DNA of 63,489 nucleotides, counting the filler, from Octopus bimaculoides (Eukaryota): assembly GCF_001194135.2 (NCBI RefSeq). It is 8 parts of 7 records of this genome, joined end to end, with 100 filler letters (N's around TTAATTAATTAA, not from the genome) between each part and the next. Parts side by side here need not be neighbours in the genome. Positions count along the whole stretch, not along the records: positions 61,671 to 63,489 come from NC_068984.1; 7 more parts are not named here. One strand, given 5' to 3'. Made by a program: the position numbers and the translations under genes. Under the pieces are notes generated by a model. That model saw only the letters and a program-made list of their open reading frames with translations, was not told the origin of the DNA and did no database searches. Below are positions 61,928 through 63,489 of this stretch, in pieces (position 1 is the stretch's first letter; each line of letters begins with the position of its first letter).

Positions 61928-63082
61928 CAGGGCACAATGAGTAAATTGTCGCCACTTTATATTTTTAATTTCGTGCATGTGCATTGTTTGTTTTTGATTT
62001 TGTCGATTACACAGTATAGTAGAGTCAGTTGGGCACCGTCTGTGAGAAAAACAGCACTACGATGTAATTCACTCTGCCAGAAATTTGGAAGTGACATGCT
62101 GTACTGCTTGGCATTCATGCTGGAAGCTCCAATACAAACATTTCAGAGTTTGGGTGTCAATCTGAGAACAGTGCAGAAGATTCAGAGAGAGTTGGATGAG
62201 TCTAATGGTGATTATGGAGGTACGGCAGCTCGGAAAACTCACTCTGATCGTTCTGATACGAAAACAACTCCTGAATTTGTTGATAAGATCCAGGCCATGA
62301 TTGACAACGATCCTTCCAAGTCAATCAGGTCCATCGCCAGGGACATGGGAGTGTCTGAGTTTCTTATCAGGCAGGTAGTGCATGAAGACATTCAGCATTC
62401 CTCATACAAGAAGAGAAAGGGCCAATTTTTATCCCAAGTCATCAAGGACAAGAGGAAAGACCGTGCTATGAAGCTTTTGAACAAACTCAAGCATCCCCTC
62501 CAACCAAACATGCTTTGGTTTTTCTCAGATGTGAAAAATTTCTGCCAGGATCAGATGGTGAACATACAGAACAACTGTTGGCTGTCATGTTCCCAAAACA
62601 TGTACCAAGAGTGATAAAAGTCAAACATCCAGTCAACATCATCGGGTTTGGAGTAATCACTAGTGATTGCAACATTATGCTTCCATTCATCTTTCCACAC
62701 AGCCTCAGGCAATTTCTGCGACCACATCACCCCTAACATCTGGCCACTTAACTACCCAGACTGCAACTCCTTTGATCATTATGTGTGGGGCACAGTTGAA
62801 CAAGAGACCAACAAAACTCCTTGTAATGCCAAAGATGAACTGAAGGCAAGGATTATGGCAGCATTCATCAACTTAAACAAGGAGACCTTCCAGAAGAGCT
62901 ACAGGAGATTTTGAAGTCATCTGGAGGTGATGGATGAAAATAATGGTGTTTTTATTGAATAAATTTAGTCTTTAGTATATCAAGATATGTTTATGTAATT
63001 TGGGTAAATATATCTGTTAAAATGAGATGTAAGTGTTATTTTCATTTATGCATAATGTAGACAATTTATTCACTGCACCCTG
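61928..63082 (+). mobile_element. maT/DD37D-like Tc1-mariner with imperfect 23-bp TIRs, TA TSD, missing the second catalytic D
   Basis: TA-CAGGGCACAATGAGTAAATTGTC...GACAATTTATTCACTGCACCCTG-TA; SIRSIARDMGVS HTH, WFFSD, SPD-like YPDCNSFD; PFIFPH jumps straight to NFCDH. Confidence 0.92.
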
Positions 63083-63094
63083 TATATATATATG

Positions 63095-63434
63095 CTTTTG
63101 AAGCACCCTTGTCACTTAAAACATTGTATGCAACCCATTGCCTCATTGCCGTACACTTGCTGAGGCATGCTCAATGTTTCTGCAGCAGGCTTCCCAAGTT
63201 TAACAAAAAATTTCATGTTGGCTCTAGTTCTTGTCCATGACAAAATTGCAGACTACAGCATACACATGATGACAAAAACACAAATTTCACAACTTGCAAA
63301 GTAAACACAGCAAGTCACTCAGCACACTGCCTCATGAAGGTCACTGATAGCTCTCACAGCGCACACAATCAATATGCTGCCATCTGTTGGCATGCTACAG
63401 AACTAGTCTGGGAACTTTTTGATACCACCTCAGA
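63095..63434 (-). mobile_element. Mariner 5' end fragment
   Basis: TIR GAGGTGGTATCAAAAAGTTCCCAGACT; KFFVKLGKPAAETLSMPQQVYGNEAM. Confidence 0.8.
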
Positions 63435-63454
63435 CATATATATATATATATATT

Positions 63455-63489
<35 letters not shown>

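Overview
AT-rich, microsatellite-dense animal genomic DNA. The SINE and LINE families resemble those I recall from Octopus; this is an inference and no search was run. The window is not one continuous locus. Seven 100-bp spacers (N44-TTAATTAATTAA-N44) split it into eight segments that may be independent scaffolds, and there are many ordinary N gaps. Most ORF-track entries are microsatellite or N artefacts. Real content: (i) three host coding exons on the minus strand, namely a lunapark (lnpk) exon cut by a gap at 61671-61741, plus a 323-nt Pro/Tyr-rich exon (57975-58297) and a phase-compatible terminal exon (54885-54954) of an unidentified gene; (ii) two decayed Penelope-like retroelements (RT + GIY-YIG) and a long foldback element followed by a minimal hammerhead ribozyme motif, with a sister foldback elsewhere; (iii) microsatellite-associated RLE-type LINE fragments (R4/Dong-like in (TAA)n, another family in (ATAC)n); (iv) RTE, RTE-X-like and CR1-group LINEs, including an RTE with an intact 5' end and a candidate HDV-like ribozyme; (v) mariner, maT/DD37D-like and Chapaev3-like DNA transposons, MITEs and a possible Helentron/HINE; (vi) several tRNA-derived SINE families, one split by an unexplained 545-bp insert. 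All alignments, translations and folds were done by eye.
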